DNA from: Fimbriosthenelais zetlandica
Lineage: Eukaryota
NCBI GenBank assembly: GCA_977030845.1
Contig: OZ365118.1
Coordinates: forward strand, 3,906,001-3,970,000
Reading direction: 5' to 3'
DNA: 64,000 bases
Every line of letters begins with the position of its first letter. Positions within the stretch are counted from its first letter, which is position 1. Made by a program: the position numbers and the translations under genes. The notes under the pieces are model-generated. The model had not been told where the DNA came from and did no database searches. It saw only the letters and a program-made list of their open reading frames with translations. Positions 50,271-64,000 of this stretch are shown piece by piece.

Positions 50271-50420
50271 TTGTCGTACTCAGCATGTAGCTGTCATTTA
50301 CTTGTATTTTCTGCGAGTTGGCATCCAGTTTGACTCGAGACTCCGTCCCGGCATTATGGTTCATGATCTCATAGCTAAATGCCGATCTCATTTCCTGAGA
50401 GCTGTGATCAAATATCGCAC
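50271..50420 (-). CDS. GRIA-like: GluR exon 2 (amino-terminal domain)
   Basis: tctctag| GAIFDHSSQEMRSAFSYEIMNHNAGTESRVKLDANSQKIQVNDSYMLSTT |GTAAGT. 150 nt, phase 1-1; GAIF motif typical of the iGluR ATD start. Confidence 0.92.
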
Positions 50421-51539
50421 CTAGAGAGAAAAGTTAAAGGTTTATAGGTAAAAGATGTCTTTAATACCACTGGGGGACGGTTCATAAAGTCTATGGGTAG
50501 GGGAGGAAGACACCACTAACCAGTGAAAGTTTTGTGCCTTGAAAACATGGTAGTAGTATATCAAAATGAACATGTTCCTCAGGCATCAAGTCTTATACTT
50601 TCCACCTGAAGTAAGTGAGTAGTACATGGAAATGAGGGAGGTTCTCAGGCAAAGTGTAAGTAGTATATTATAAATGCATATATTTCTCAGGCGTTGAGTT
50701 ATATACCTTAGTACTAATCAAGTGTAGGTGTCAAATATTATATGGAAATGAGGTACCAGATGTGAGTAGTATATAAATGCATTATGTTTTCAGGCTTTAG
50801 GATTTATACTGCGACTAAAGGTTCCCCAAATGCGTAATACGTTGATCGCTTAATATTGCGTAATACTTTGAAACTATTTAACATAGATACGATCAAATAT
50901 GTAAGCTCTAATAGGACATGAGTATCAAATGTGATTCATTCGCTTTTTTACACATCTAACATACATAAGAACAGGATTTTACGATGCGGAATCATTCCCT
51001 TAAATCAATTTAATGTAGTCAAGGGCTCCATATATATGGGTAACAATAACATGTAAGCATTGTCAGACATGTTTTAGATTAAAGTAGGCCTATACAACAA
51101 TATCTAAGTCGACATCGGTCATAAATCTAGATTGTAGTTATAAAGTAAGTGTAATCATCACATTATTGAATCATATATAAGGAATAATTCCTCTCAGACA
51201 ATAGATATGAGCAGGTAGACAGAGAGTACACACCTGCTTAACATACCGCCCCATTATACATGCCTCATTAATATTCAAACCCCATCCACAGACATTCTCC
51301 CTGAAATATAAACCCACCATACCCCAAACACACACCAAACTCACGGCAAGTCATATAATACTGTATTAACTAACCCGCATGGTTCATATAACATGAGTAG
51401 TAATCATATCTGATATAAAAATATTAAATTAATGCTGGGATGTAACAGGTGTCTGTGTAGGACATGTAGGGATGCTCATTAACATATTAAATATAGAAGT
51501 AGCGGGGGACGGCTCAGTGCTGCCCCCACACGGACTTAC

Positions 51540-51621
51540 CAATAGGTACTCGCTCTGTGAATGCGTTGACAAGGGCCCCACTGACCTGCAGGCAAACTCC
51601 AAGAAGAATCAAAAGAGCCAT
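51540..51621 (-). CDS. GRIA-like: AMPA-like glutamate receptor, exon 1 (signal peptide)
   Basis: ATG at 51621 gives MALLILLGVCLQVSGALVNAFTERVPI(G). 82 nt, ends phase 1 at donor G|GTAAGT; hydrophobic signal peptide. Confidence 0.85.
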
Positions 51622-51639
51622 CCTGTGCTGAGGTGGTGA

Positions 51640-51960
51640 TTTTGCGCTCCAAGCGCACGCACAAACTCTAAATCAAAATGGGTTACAAAACCAAATAAAG
51701 AGTATATACAAAAGATGGGTGGGCCGAAGCGGTCGGAGCTTGCGTCACATGACGGTTATCGTCACATCCGCCCCTCCTCCACTCGAGCCGTTTTCTCGCG
51801 GTCCGCCATGGAGGCTGCTGTCTCTCTCCTCCTGATTCTACTACCGTCTCCTGCCCTCACCGCGAGCTAACTGCGCCTGCGTCAACGCACAGCGCATGTC
51901 TGAATAGATTTCCTCCAGTGGGACTATGCAGTGGCGCCATGACGGCCGCTGGAGGAGGCA
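51640..51960 (-). promoter_or_regulatory. CpG-rich GluR promoter / 5' UTR region
   Basis: CpG-dense patch just upstream of the ATG. CRE/AP1-like TGCGTCA (51741, 51878), TGACG (51750) and NRF1-like TGCGCCTGCG (51872). Confidence 0.55.
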
Positions 51961-52790
51961 AGAGGGGTGGGTGGGTGGTGGTGGGGTGATGGGAGGGGAG
52001 CATTTATTATGGTGATGTGCTGCTGGTGGTGGTGGGGGGGGGGAGGGTGGTTGGTTGGGGGACAGGCCCGCAGTGGGAAGATGGTGGAGGGGGATGGAGA
52101 GAGAGAAGGTAGCGGGGAGGTCGCATCGTACATTACCGTCCTGGTGCTGCTCTTAATACATAAGCCGCTGCACCTTCCTCCCTCAATCCTCCATCTTACA
52201 TCTCTTCTCATTCTCTTCATCTAATCTTACTCCCCCTTCCTCTCTCATCCCTTATATGATCATCCCCCTTTCCATTTTCCCTTCCTTACATCCCATTCCA
52301 TTAAGCTATTTCACGCTTTGTCATAATCCCAACCTTTATTTTCTTAGCCCACTAAAATGAATTACTTCATCATGCCCTCTTTGTAACATACCATCCCTTT
52401 TCTTTGCCACCCTTCTATCACTGCCACCCTTCCTTTTTCTACCCTTCATTCCCTAACAATGCTATCCTCCCCTTTCTCACCCTGCTTTCCCTTCCCCCTG
52501 TTTTCTTGTAGCCTGCCAATCATCTCTCTATTTCACAAAGTGGAACACAGTACAAAGCCAGCACCGAACACCTGCCGTGTGTACAGAGAAGGGACGCCTG
52601 GATGGGGGGCGGGGGGGGGGCGGGGGAAGGGGGGCGGGGGACGGGGGTATATCCCGTATGTACAGGTCTGCTCCATGATAGAGGGAGAGAGACAGGGAGA
52701 GGGACAGTGAGAGAGAGAGAAGAGAGATGGGGAGAGAGACATCTCCATTTACATCCCATACAGTCAAAAACGAAAGGAAATGAGAAGAGC
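51960..52790. repeat. Polypurine/polypyrimidine and G-rich low-complexity tract upstream of the GluR promoter
   Basis: GGT repeats, a long C/T-rich stretch (about 52160-52520), G-runs (52604-52646) and GA repeats. Confidence 0.8.
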
Positions 52791-53077
52791 GAAAAAACAT
52801 GAGCTTCTACAGTAACATTAACCTACTGTATAATAAGATGTTTTATACAGGTTGTTTCTAATGGAGCTCTGTATACATTTCACAGTCTCTTTGTGCTTTT
52901 AGTTTAAAATTCTCTCACTCATTATGTGTGTGGCCCTTCTGCAGGCTCCTGCTTAGAAATCTATCACTATCAAGTTCTCTAACTATGGGAATACATGTAG
53001 GCCTATATAGCCATAGTTAGATTATCGTAGTTGCAGATAGCTTTCGATCTAATTCTATGCTCAGAACATTGCCTCTA

Positions 53078-53438
53078 ACTATCTAAGCCTATCTCATCTC
53101 TATAGTTAAACTATCTATGCTGGCAGGTCTATCTAAACCTATCTCATCTCTATAGTTAAACTATCTATGCAGGCAGGTCTATCTAAACCTATCTCATCTC
53201 TATAGTTAAACTATCTATGCTGGCAGGTCTATCTAAACCTATCTCATCTCTATAGTTAAACTATCTATGCTGGCAGGTCTAACCATCTAAACCTATCTCA
53301 TCGCTATAGTTAAACTATCTATGCTGGCAGGTCTAACCATCTAAACCTATCTCATCTCTATAGTTAAACTATCTATGCTGGCAGGTCTAACTAAACCTAT
53401 CTCATCTCTATAGTTAAACTATCTATGCTGGCAGGTCT
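53078..53438. repeat. 50/54-bp minisatellite, 7 copies
   Basis: TATAGTTAAA recurs at 53101, 53151, 53201, 53251, 53305, 53359 and 53409. Confidence 0.95.
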
Positions 53439-56400
53439 GGTAGCGTGCCATACTGGCCATAGACATGTACATATATACCGGATATTAGTGGCAGTATACA
53501 CCAGGTGGACCAGTCCGACCCATGATGACCATCGCCCACATATACCCATTGAGTCCATTAAGTCCATCTAGGCCATCCATATAGTCCCATGCACAAACAA
53601 GCATCACATTAAACTAACCCACAAAAAGCCCGCTGAGATCACCGGGCCATGTCACTATGATATGATCATTACGCAACCTTTGCCATCACACCAACTGATG
53701 TATGCTCCGCTTTCCCCAGAATCCTGGCTCAGTTCCTAACTGGAAAATGAGGAGTGAAAATTGAGTTGTCAGAAGCACAGTGGGGGCAGGAGGAGGACCG
53801 GTGGGGGCAGGAGCAGGGCTGGTGCAGACTTGGGAGATAAAATCACCATCATGCTGTTTTATTGCCAATTTCCATTCCCATTACACGCCCTGCCCCACTG
53901 ACACGAATGGCAATCCTAGTACGTAGAGTCTATGATATGTTCCAATGGCGAGATGAAAGGGCATACCATAGAAGGGCTACCAAAACCACATATATACAAA
54001 CTCATTCAAATTGAGTCAATTTGAAAATATGAGACATCGGATCCATCCAGTACTTTTCAGGCTGCTTTCATTCTAACCTAACTTGACAGGGAATCTAATC
54101 GAGGTGTCTTGATCTAGTCTATATGCACCCTGACTTTTGGATGCCTCAATGGAAAGCCTTCTTGCTCAGAACATTGCCTCTATGAAATATTTTGTTTTGA
54201 ATTCCAAATCTGAGAAGTGGGAATAAGAGAAGGAGGTGATAAGATCTGAGCAATGACGCCCTGTCAGAGAAGGGCTCTAAACAATACAAATACTACTTCT
54301 GATTCTTAATATAGCCCAGGCCTGCTGCACCGGATCCCCACCGGAATAAGACCAACATTAATCTTGGCAGAGGTTGCCGTGGCAACCACATCACGTTGCA
54401 GGAGGACGCTCCCTCCTGGCAGGCCCTGGCTTTACCTCAAGACCTCGCCTACTCCCTAGTGACATATTTGTCCCTCAAGTTTTCCGTTTTTACATTTCTC
54501 AACCACTATGGGCCTCCAGGTGCCTTCCTCCCGGGCCTCTGTGCCTCTCTATATATATAGTCCCTCCTCCAGTTGGTTCCCCTCAGGGCCATGTCATTTC
54601 CATCAGCCATTTTGCAAATATTCAGTTATCATACCACAACCAGCTCTCATCTTAGAGAATGAAATCTGCTTCTTATCTGCTCCCAAAGAAATGACTTGCC
54701 GTAGCTTTTGGGCGCTGCCTTAATAAAGATAGATAGAACAATGGAGGTTTTATGCATTCCAATTGTGGCTATCCCCACTCGTGGAATACATAACTCGTGT
54801 TATTCCACTGTGTATGAGGTACTGGTGATGTTTCATGTCATATGTCACTCGTGTGATCTCACATCACCCATCATTCACTGGTGGGACTTCACAGGTCACC
54901 CAGAGATAACCAGCAGTAGTCAAGGCTGGTATGAATAGTGAGGAATATCCCTACACAAGACTAACCCCAACAAAACGCTCAATTTACCCGCCCACTGCTC
55001 CCCTTACATACCCAATAAGTGGATGACCTACACTCTATTGAAATGATACAATTTACAGGAGCACCTCTCACTCGACGGGGAATCACATGCTTCATTTAAA
55101 CTGGTTTGATGGATGGCTTTAGATTTGTTTGCTTTCCCTTTAAAGGATTTTAGCATGAAAAGCCTTTACTATACATTGGTTTAGTAACAGGAAACTGAAA
55201 GGGAAGAAAAAGTTGCTAGTAGTCCTAATGGATCCAATTTATCTGCCCATCCAGGCAATTATTGTGTCAGGAGCAATTGTCTGTGCTATTTCTTGTTTTC
55301 ATTGAAGTTGATGACCCCCTGACCATATGGGCTTGACCCCCATATGTCCACCATAACACATGGAAACCATATGTAAGTTGACATAACAGACAATTAGGCC
55401 AATTATTACAATGTGATGCATTCAAAATTGATTCAAATGAGATTCAGATCTAATTGTGTGATTGCTTCATATAGACCCTATTAGATCATTGGACATGATG
55501 ATGTCTATGAGCAGCTGACATTTAAATATCTAATAATGAATGTTCATGTGAATATAATCTATAATCATTTTGAATGTATAAGATATATACACTCGTCCAA
55601 TATGTTAATACCCGCCTCAGGCAATTTCCCGCTGTCTCTATGATCGGCAAACTCATTGATTAACCCAGATGTTTCCGACTCCTGACATGGCTATAATTAG
55701 ATTTCTGATTCCATCAGCTTATGTCCCCACCAAAAGTGACACAGGAGATAGAGGGGAGTGGGGTGGGGAGGGGAGGGGGGGGGGGGCTGGTACACCAGCG
55801 ACCATATATACATATACTGATACCATCTGGACTCCCTAGGAAAGTTGGAGGCAGAATAGGCAAAGCAATGACAATATTTTATCACTGGGCTACATATGCC
55901 ATGGTCTTTTGATCATTTGTTCTTCCATTATCTGTACCCTAGCCTCTGTATTGCATGTCATACGTTGTGTGTATGGAGTCAGTGAGTATAAAGTCAGTGA
56001 GAGGAAGGCTTTGGTAGGCTTGGTGTAACCTTGGCTGACCTTGTCGGTGGTTGTAAAGTGAGCTGTTTGCTCACTAGCTTGCTGTGCTGGCTCCTACACC
56101 CACCACGTCACCTCCAGCCCCTCTCCTCCAGGCCATACCATCTTCTACCTCATCCCCAGGAGGGCCTGACCAGGGGGAGGAGGAGGGGCTGACCGGGGTC
56201 GGGCCTCTTCCTCCGGTGGGACTGGATCAATATTGTCGGGCCCTGACCACCACTGCTCGGATGAAGCCATGTATGGGCCAGCTTGGCTATTGTGTATGCG
56301 GCTCAGGACCAGTGGTGGCGTGTACGGATGCTTGGTGATCGGGCACCGTTGACAAACGAGCGGTTTCCATGCCGAGGTGGGATAAAACAGGTGGGAGCAA

Positions 56401-59400
56401 GCCTCGCTTTTTACAGCATGTAATCACTGCATAGGAAGCTATAATGAGAGGGTGGGACTAGACATGCGAGGGGCGCAGGCCAGCTAGGGATGGACTGAAC
56501 GACATGCGAATCTTACTACCAGCTTCAGCCCAACCTCTAATACTCCATACTCACTTATACTGATGATTTACCTACATTAGGTGACATTACGGCAGCGTAT
56601 ATCTCATCACAGATATAACCATGTCATTAACTATATCGATTTCCAGGATATAAGCCTCGAAATTGGTAGAAAAAGTGATGATTAGTATTAACTTCCCATG
56701 GGACAATAGATCAAATTTGAGAGGGCAGGGTGGGTTGAATTAAGTACCTCTTCTTAATAGATCAAATGGGGACACTTTAGATGCTCCAAGAAAATCACCC
56801 CCAACATGCGTTGCTACACATCTTCAGTGTCTAATACTAGCAGATAAAGCCAAGCGATGGTTGGCAAGTTAAACCACAATAGATCCTCTAACCCATTCAT
56901 CTATCCCACATAATCATTACCCTGTCTGTGTTTTGGCGGAGAAAGGAGACCCATTTAGTGGAGAGAATAGACAAATGGTGCCTACCGAATAGACATATCA
57001 CTTATAGGTCTCTTCATTTGCAAGCCTTCTAGGCAGGGTAAAGCCTTGACAATGAGGTTACCAAGCCCTCGCCATTCTCAGTCCGACCATTACTGGTGCT
57101 CTACCATCCTCCCAATAGTCCCAGCCATGATTGGATATTGTTGCAGCAAGCACTGTTGTACCAGGGAAAAGGCAAAGGGCATGAAAAAACACCACCAAAA
57201 AGTCAGACGTGGGAACATTGCAACTCGCCAATCGGTAGCACAACTACTGAGGCAGAAATTAATTTAATATTGTTGCCATTTCCGAACGAGTTACAAATGA
57301 TTTTTTAAAGATTTTCCTGAGTAGTCTTCATGTTTTTGCTTGAAGGCTGAAGCTGAGTGGGTTGCTTTCAGTTTCAGTATACAGACTGTATGACAATGAT
57401 GTAGAGGTGACTTATGCCCCTCCATTATGGACGGGGTGTGTATATGCATGCCATTCCCGGCGTATTTAGTCTATAGAGTCTATAGCGTGACAGTCCAACC
57501 GTCCTCTCTCTCCCCTCACGCTCCCAAACACAACCAACTCAATCCAAGCCCACAGTATACTCTCCTCTTGGCACTTCAACACAGAAATGTTGCCATTCTC
57601 CAGCCTGCTGTTCTCCCAACAATCCATCTTCCCTTTCCAACATATATCCCTTCCCTCCATCTTCACAATCTCTCTTCATCCCTTCCCCAGAAGTAGGACA
57701 ATGTCGTTTCTCTGATAGAGATCAAGAGAAAGGAAGATCCCCAAAATACCTCAGATAGATCAAAACGACAAGCCATTGCCACGACTCTCGGCATCTCCCA
57801 GCATAAGCCCCCTCCTATATAATCCCTCCCAGCCCTCTCTCCAGATTCTCTCCTAAGAACATTGGGTGAAGGCAGATAATCTGCAGACGGCCTTCTCCCA
57901 GTGAATTTGCACCGTGGCAAGCTATCTCGGCCAGGTCCTCAGGGAGACATGCTCTTAGCGATAAATGAAACCGGAAGTCGATGTATCTCCACCACTTCCG
58001 GTGCGCGTGGGACAGAATAGAAACTCAAAAGGCTGCCATTTCTAACAAGCCGTGTAACATACAAATGCGGGTTTCAGGATTGTTCCATTTCTGTGAAATC
58101 TATCCTTTGTATAACAGACAGCTCATGAAATGGTAATGGAGGACCTTCCCACATCACCCATGTCTGTCTAGCTACAACAATGAGTTGTTCTCGCAGCACA
58201 CTTGGCAGCTAATTAATACCAGTCGATCTACCAGTTATCTAGAATAGTAATCACTTCACATACAGGCTGGCATTCTATCCTATTGTCTGGCCGTAATATG
58301 ATTGCCATTATGCAACGCAGGGAAAAAGCCATAATATGAGAGCCATTTAGGCCGGTCCCAAATCATTAGCCATCTCACCATCTCCCTCCGGTGCTGTGTA
58401 ACTATGTCTATCCAGCTTCACTCCCATTTTCCCTTGTTTATTTTGCAGATATTTCATCCTTACTACATTCCCTGCAACCACAGCAAATTCTGTAGGGAAT
58501 TTTTAGGCAGCTACTATAGTCGATATGATGCGAATCTGAAATTGTTATTCAGTAAAGTCATTTTAGTTGGCCAGACTATAGGAAATCATTTGAGCAACTA
58601 ACAGGAAAGGATTCTCCAATTCCAAAGCTATGATTACCAGACTTTGATGGAAAGCTTAGTAATCTTAAAGCGATCAATTATATAGAATTAAATTTGATTC
58701 TTGAATTGAAATCTCTTTATTTGACAGCAGATTCTGATATTTAGACCTCATGAAGTCAGTAAATGTTATTAAGAAACTTGAGTTGAAATGGCCATCGTAA
58801 ACATCTTTCTGTTATTGCTCAGCATAATCTGAAACCAGAGCGCCATATAGAAACCAGAGCACAGGCAGTTTCAGTTTTTCCTCTAGTCTCCTCCGTTCTA
58901 TGAAGGAGTGTTTTGCTGCGGCTACAAACATGTGTCATGTGAGATGCACACATCCGGGTTCTACCATCAAGTATAATCTTTCTTCTGCGCTTTTTGGGGA
59001 ACCCCCGTCACCGGAACTTTATGGCAAACATTATTAATATTACAAGCCTCAGGCTCAACAACGACCGTTCAGTTTCTGCTGATATTGCCAATGTTTAAAC
59101 ATTTAGGACGTTAGTTGCCTTAGGTAATTGCAATTACAAGGGAAATAGGGAAGGGTGTATATAAAGGCCAACTCCCCTGACTTACAGGTAGCCTATTCAC
59201 TGAGTGATCCATCCTCACTGGAAACATTGTGCTTGGCTTGCACATTTTTTATGAAGCATCTCAAAAAGATGGATTATTTGAAGCAAGTTTTATAATGAGC
59301 TTCATGAGATGAGGATTGTTGATGATGTGTTGTAATAATCCGATTATGACAGCAATCAATGTAGTAATTGAAATATTGCTGTCAGTTCGGCGGACTAGAT

Positions 59401-59925
59401 TATGTGTAGGGATATAATATAGGCCTAATAATTATAGGGACTGATTTGAAATTTTTGGGAAGAGGATTGCTTAGAGGAAGAGATGAAGAGAAAGATTTAG
59501 CTTCAGCATGACTACCCGCAACATGTTATACCCGAGACATGATGGCTGATCGTAGAGATTTCCACTGATGTATTACCCTATGATCTGACTCATAATCAAA
59601 ATCATATCATTCCCATCGAAAACAAGCAAATAACCTGCCAACAAGCATGATAAAGATAAATATCATCCATCCAGCCACTCCCCCATCACCAAAGTAACAC
59701 ACTAAAGCAGTGATTAGGGCCGGGCCTGCTCCACACGGCCCTTTATGGGACCACAAGGCCCATCTGTCAACGACCATGTGACGCGACCTTTTCTAGAGGA
59801 ACCAAGTGGAGTAGGAGAAGAAGCCTATAACTCAGGCCTCAGCTGAAGGCTGGACTTGTACTTCTAGAAGCTTCTCTCTCTGTGTCCACCATTTGTCTCC
59901 AGGGCAGTTAAGGTTACTGAATTTT

Positions 59926-59990
59926 GCTACTGGCTAACTGCCGAAGGTACTGGCTAACTGCCGAAGCTACTGGCTAACTGCTGAGGCTAC
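59926..59990. repeat. 20-bp tandem repeat, 3 copies
   Basis: G(C/G)TACTGGCTAACTGC(C/T)GA(A/G) repeated. Confidence 0.9.
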
Positions 59991-62900
59991 CCAGTAACCT
60001 GCCATATCAACCATCAGATCCTAAAAATGGCTTATCCCACATGAAGCAATACTCATTTACTTGTTCCAATTGAATTACAATCATCAATTGGATTCCTTGG
60101 AAGCTGATGAATAATGAGTATGTAGGTGCCTGCGTCTTAGCAGTTAGTAATTTTGAGAGTTGAGCCCTGGTTGTTTATGATAATGACATGGTTTAAATGG
60201 CCTATTAGTGGCATCCATTGGGTAGTCTGGGTTAGACATACTCGTCCAGCACGCCTGCCTTACCACCAGCCCATCCCAGCACCGACCTTAATGTAATTAC
60301 TATGGCTGATCTACGCTCCCTGCTTTCCTTCACTACTGTGAAGAGGCCATGAGTGTATAATGTCTTTTCTGGGTAAAGCCCATCAAAATGGCGTCTTCTG
60401 GTAACACAGGGGTTACCTATGGTAGTGGAAACAGCAGATCGTCGGCTATAGGTAGGTTCTGGTGTAGAGAGTTCAACCAGTAACTTATAATCATAGAGAT
60501 CATAAAACTGTCCTAACGACTGCATTTGATGTTAAGCCATGGATTGGCCTCTAATCGCGACAAGGACAATTGTGGGAATATCTATTAACCCAAAGCATCT
60601 CATTAATCGACTCTGTTAATATATCTAAAGGTTAATCTTCTTGACAAGGGAAACTGTTTTCGAGCTACCATATTTGACCATATACAGTCTATATATCAAT
60701 TAAATGCCAACTTCGAGGTCAGATCAGAAGCTGGAATGTATACTGTTGTACTCTGCTATAAGAATGTATATGGCTAACCCTCATGAATCACAATTATCCC
60801 CTGTATTTCCATATAATGCAGCCTCAATGTATGTAGTGTGCATTAGCTAGATCACATTTACAGGAGCCTGCTCTTAAAGGAAGCCCACCGGGGGGTCTGT
60901 TGAGGACACTTGCCGACATGTGCCATCACTTAGCATGCATTCTTAATGACGCGCTTTCAGCAAATGACTGAGTGCTCTCCAATCGCTCACCTGCCTGCCC
61001 CCGGCCCCTCCATTCTTCATCCCACCCGGCTGAAATCATACTGATAAATACTCACTAATTCACGCGACTCAATACGCGAACGATTGTCTCATTTTCCACC
61101 ACTTGAAATATAAATTGCGTGATTTCCTTCACTCTATCACGGACCCAAAATCCTCCAAAAGTGAAGTTTCTTTAGGAGACTGGCTTCCATCACTTCCCGT
61201 TCCATCAGTTTATGCTAATATTTGTTTCGCGTTATTAGCCTAACTATGAAGAATTAATCTTGTAGAGAATATCAGACTTCATTTGCTGATTAATGATCTT
61301 ATTTGCTGTCATAACAATCCACTATAAGATGATTGCTTTAGACAGACAATAAGATTAAGACTGTCAATGCGATACTGCCTCGCTGTATAAGCATCGAGTA
61401 AGTGTAATGATAAAATAAACTTCTATAGGCACCACTGTGAGCTCGGCCAATGCTAATCTTTTTAACATTGACTGTAGACATCATTGGATTGCAGTCTATC
61501 AATACTGCAGAGAAGTCAATATTTACGCTGCCACTTCTTCTTCAGTTAGCATATCCCATTGAAGCTGACTGAATTTTATCGATCTGAACTGACAATTATC
61601 TTCCAGACTCATTTCCCAAGTCACAAGCATCCACTGTGCATTACAGTGTTTGCAGTGACACACATACTTGATATTTGAACATTCAATTTGAGCAGAGACG
61701 GGACAAGGTTCTGAGAGAGAATCTATATAGACTGCCACAAAAAGCTAGCGCTTCGTTTACTTAAATCAACCTCCGCTTTCTTAACATTTCTTATGAGGAT
61801 AGAGAGATTGATCCCAGCCCCTCACAGGATCTCTTTATGAATTTGGATTTTTTCAAGAGGAGCAGCAAAACATTATCAGGGGAATGTCAGCTTATTCAGA
61901 AGGTGCCATGGGGGAGAAGGCGGGATCATTTTACCATAGAGCCGTGTGGGGCTTTCTTACCCTAGTTATACTTACATCAAAGGGACCTGTGAGCTTGAGA
62001 TGATGAGATAAGTTGGTTGATCAAAGCTCGTTAGGGTGAAAAGCGTAGGGTATGACTGATGAGAGGCTAGAACTGAGTATATACACATGCTGGGTCTTCA
62101 CTGGAAGGCTGGAGCAAGCAAGGCACACTACACAACAAATAGAAATGAAAGTATAAGAATGAAATGAATACAACTAAAAGACATGCCAGGAGCTCATTTC
62201 AAAACAGATATACGCAATAACAATATCTGTTTCGGAATCAGCTCCAAATGATAAATTGAAATGGGGATAAAGTATAGAATTAATGCAAAAGAAGATAGAA
62301 GGTGCAGGGAAATATGGATATGGAAATAATATAGCAAAAGTAAGGTAAGGCACAACACTCAGATAGACAATACAGCTTGTAAGCAGATTAATAAAGTAAG
62401 TAAGAAGAAGGCACAAGAAATAAATAAAGTATCAAGATGTATGAGATATAATGATAGGGGTGGGGAGCTGGTTCATCAGAACTCTCTCTATGATTGTAAG
62501 AAGGATATATCAGATGATACCTGCATGTACAAGAATCCCCCACACGGTAACTCACGTTTCATTAAAGAACCATTCTCTCTGGCTAGAATTCATCATGCAT
62601 CGGAAGGGATTTGCTTAATGAGAGACTGATTGTATTAGGCTGGAATAATACACGGGCGATGGTGGCAACCAGACCCTGATGAACGGCTTCAGGCGCTGCA
62701 AGAAGAAGAAGAGTCAAAGCCACTTTTACATGTTTTTTGTAAAATAACGAAGGTACTGTTTATTACAGATAAAAGTGAGTGACAACAAGTGAGGATGATG
62801 GTACAGTAGTGTGTACTTGTCTGTTATTGTCAGCTATATTAATCTTCCCTCGGTATATAAGATTCACATTTATAATGCACTCTTATGAATACAAATTAAA

Positions 62901-64000
62901 TGTGAGTAAAGACTGACAAGGGCAGATGAATCCGACCTGGGCTCATTAAATGGTCTCAGCTAGTTTTAGTATTAATTACAAGATGAGTGCCCGGTCTATG
63001 TCAGCTCGCGCGGCTGATACCTGAAGTCTTTTCTGTACTTTCTACATGAGATAGTAGTGTCAGTTGTTGGGACTAACCGACCAAACAAAACTGTTGACAG
63101 ACAATTGTGTACATTTTCCATGCCATATATAACCAAACTTTACCAAAAAATGGAACTTACATCGATTTATACACATCATTATCAAGTATCTAATGGAGGT
63201 TGGATTAGGTTCGTGAGTGATAATTATCCAATATTTGATCTGAAAAAACATTCCTATTGTCAGTACCATGAAGACTAGCTAATTGATGTATGTACAGAAT
63301 GAGCATGACAACCTTTATGTGTTCAATGTCTAACAACACTGAGTGAGAAGAAATGAGCCCCAGTGAAAATAGTCACATTCATCAGCGAGTTCCATATTAT
63401 AAAAGTTGACAGCCAAGCCAGGATGTAGGGAAGGGGTGAGTGGGGGAAGAATCACAAAGCTACTGCTTCATATACATCGCTGGTTGAGAGTCAAACCAAA
63501 CCTATAATCTATCTGATAACATCTTATCATAATGTTAAAATAACACTTACAATTAGGTTTACATAAACGTACTTAATCTGTAAAAAGCTTAAGTAATTGT
63601 GAAGTAACTTGAGATGGCTTACCATATTGGTATAAACTGAAACATACAAGAACAATTCCTAAAGAAACGTCCGATATCAAACGTGGTCTCGGGGGTGCAA
63701 GGGGTTCGAGGGGTGGGCAAAAAACTTCTCAAAGGGTTTTAATATAAGCACATTAACAAAGGTTATTCCGTAATGTTAACGTACAGTTGATTAGCGTCCA
63801 AAAAACTTGCAACAAATGGGAGCCTGAGTTTGCCAATCATTTGAGTGTGGAGGGGTAGATTCATATCAATCTGATATAAAAACGATCGCCTTATGTTTTA
63901 ATTTTCAATCAAAAATTCAGGATGAAGTCCATAATTTTGAATTGAAAATATAATCTTGAGAATTTCTCATAATTTTTTTTTCGATCTAGAGGGTCGAAAG

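Noticed and set aside
51924-52802. Multiple overlapping ORFs upstream of the GluR promoter
   Set aside because: They arise from low-complexity G-rich and GA/CT tracts and show no protein-like signal.
53078-53438. Regular repeat array considered as CRISPR-like
   Set aside because: The units are contiguous with no unique spacers, the context is eukaryotic, and there are no cas genes.
60232-60525. 97-aa minus-strand ORF upstream of the receptor
   Set aside because: No recognisable family and no phase-compatible partner exons; it cannot be distinguished from chance.

Overview
Eukaryotic (animal) genomic DNA, AT-rich with short spliceosomal introns. The repeat types and receptor sequence suggest a lophotrochozoan such as a mollusc (inference). 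The main feature is a complete minus-strand AMPA-type ionotropic glutamate receptor gene, ATG at 51621 to stop at 33212. It has 19 coding exon positions and encodes about 922-924 aa; I reconstructed it exon by exon with consistent splice phases. Its S1 ligand-binding exon is present as two diverged, intact, equal-length (213 nt) copies that look mutually exclusive. The exon equivalent to vertebrate flip/flop, by contrast, is single. The gene also has a GC-AG intron, several tandem-duplicated splice sites and candidate antisense exons. Outside it, I found a three-exon minus-strand gene (17101-14289) missing from the ORF track, encoding a 113-aa secreted, KR-containing precursor. There are also MITEs, a tRNA-derived SINE with a 16-bp TSD, degenerate tRNA-like copies, minisatellites and several CpG-rich regulatory patches. 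All coordinates were counted by hand and no searches were run.
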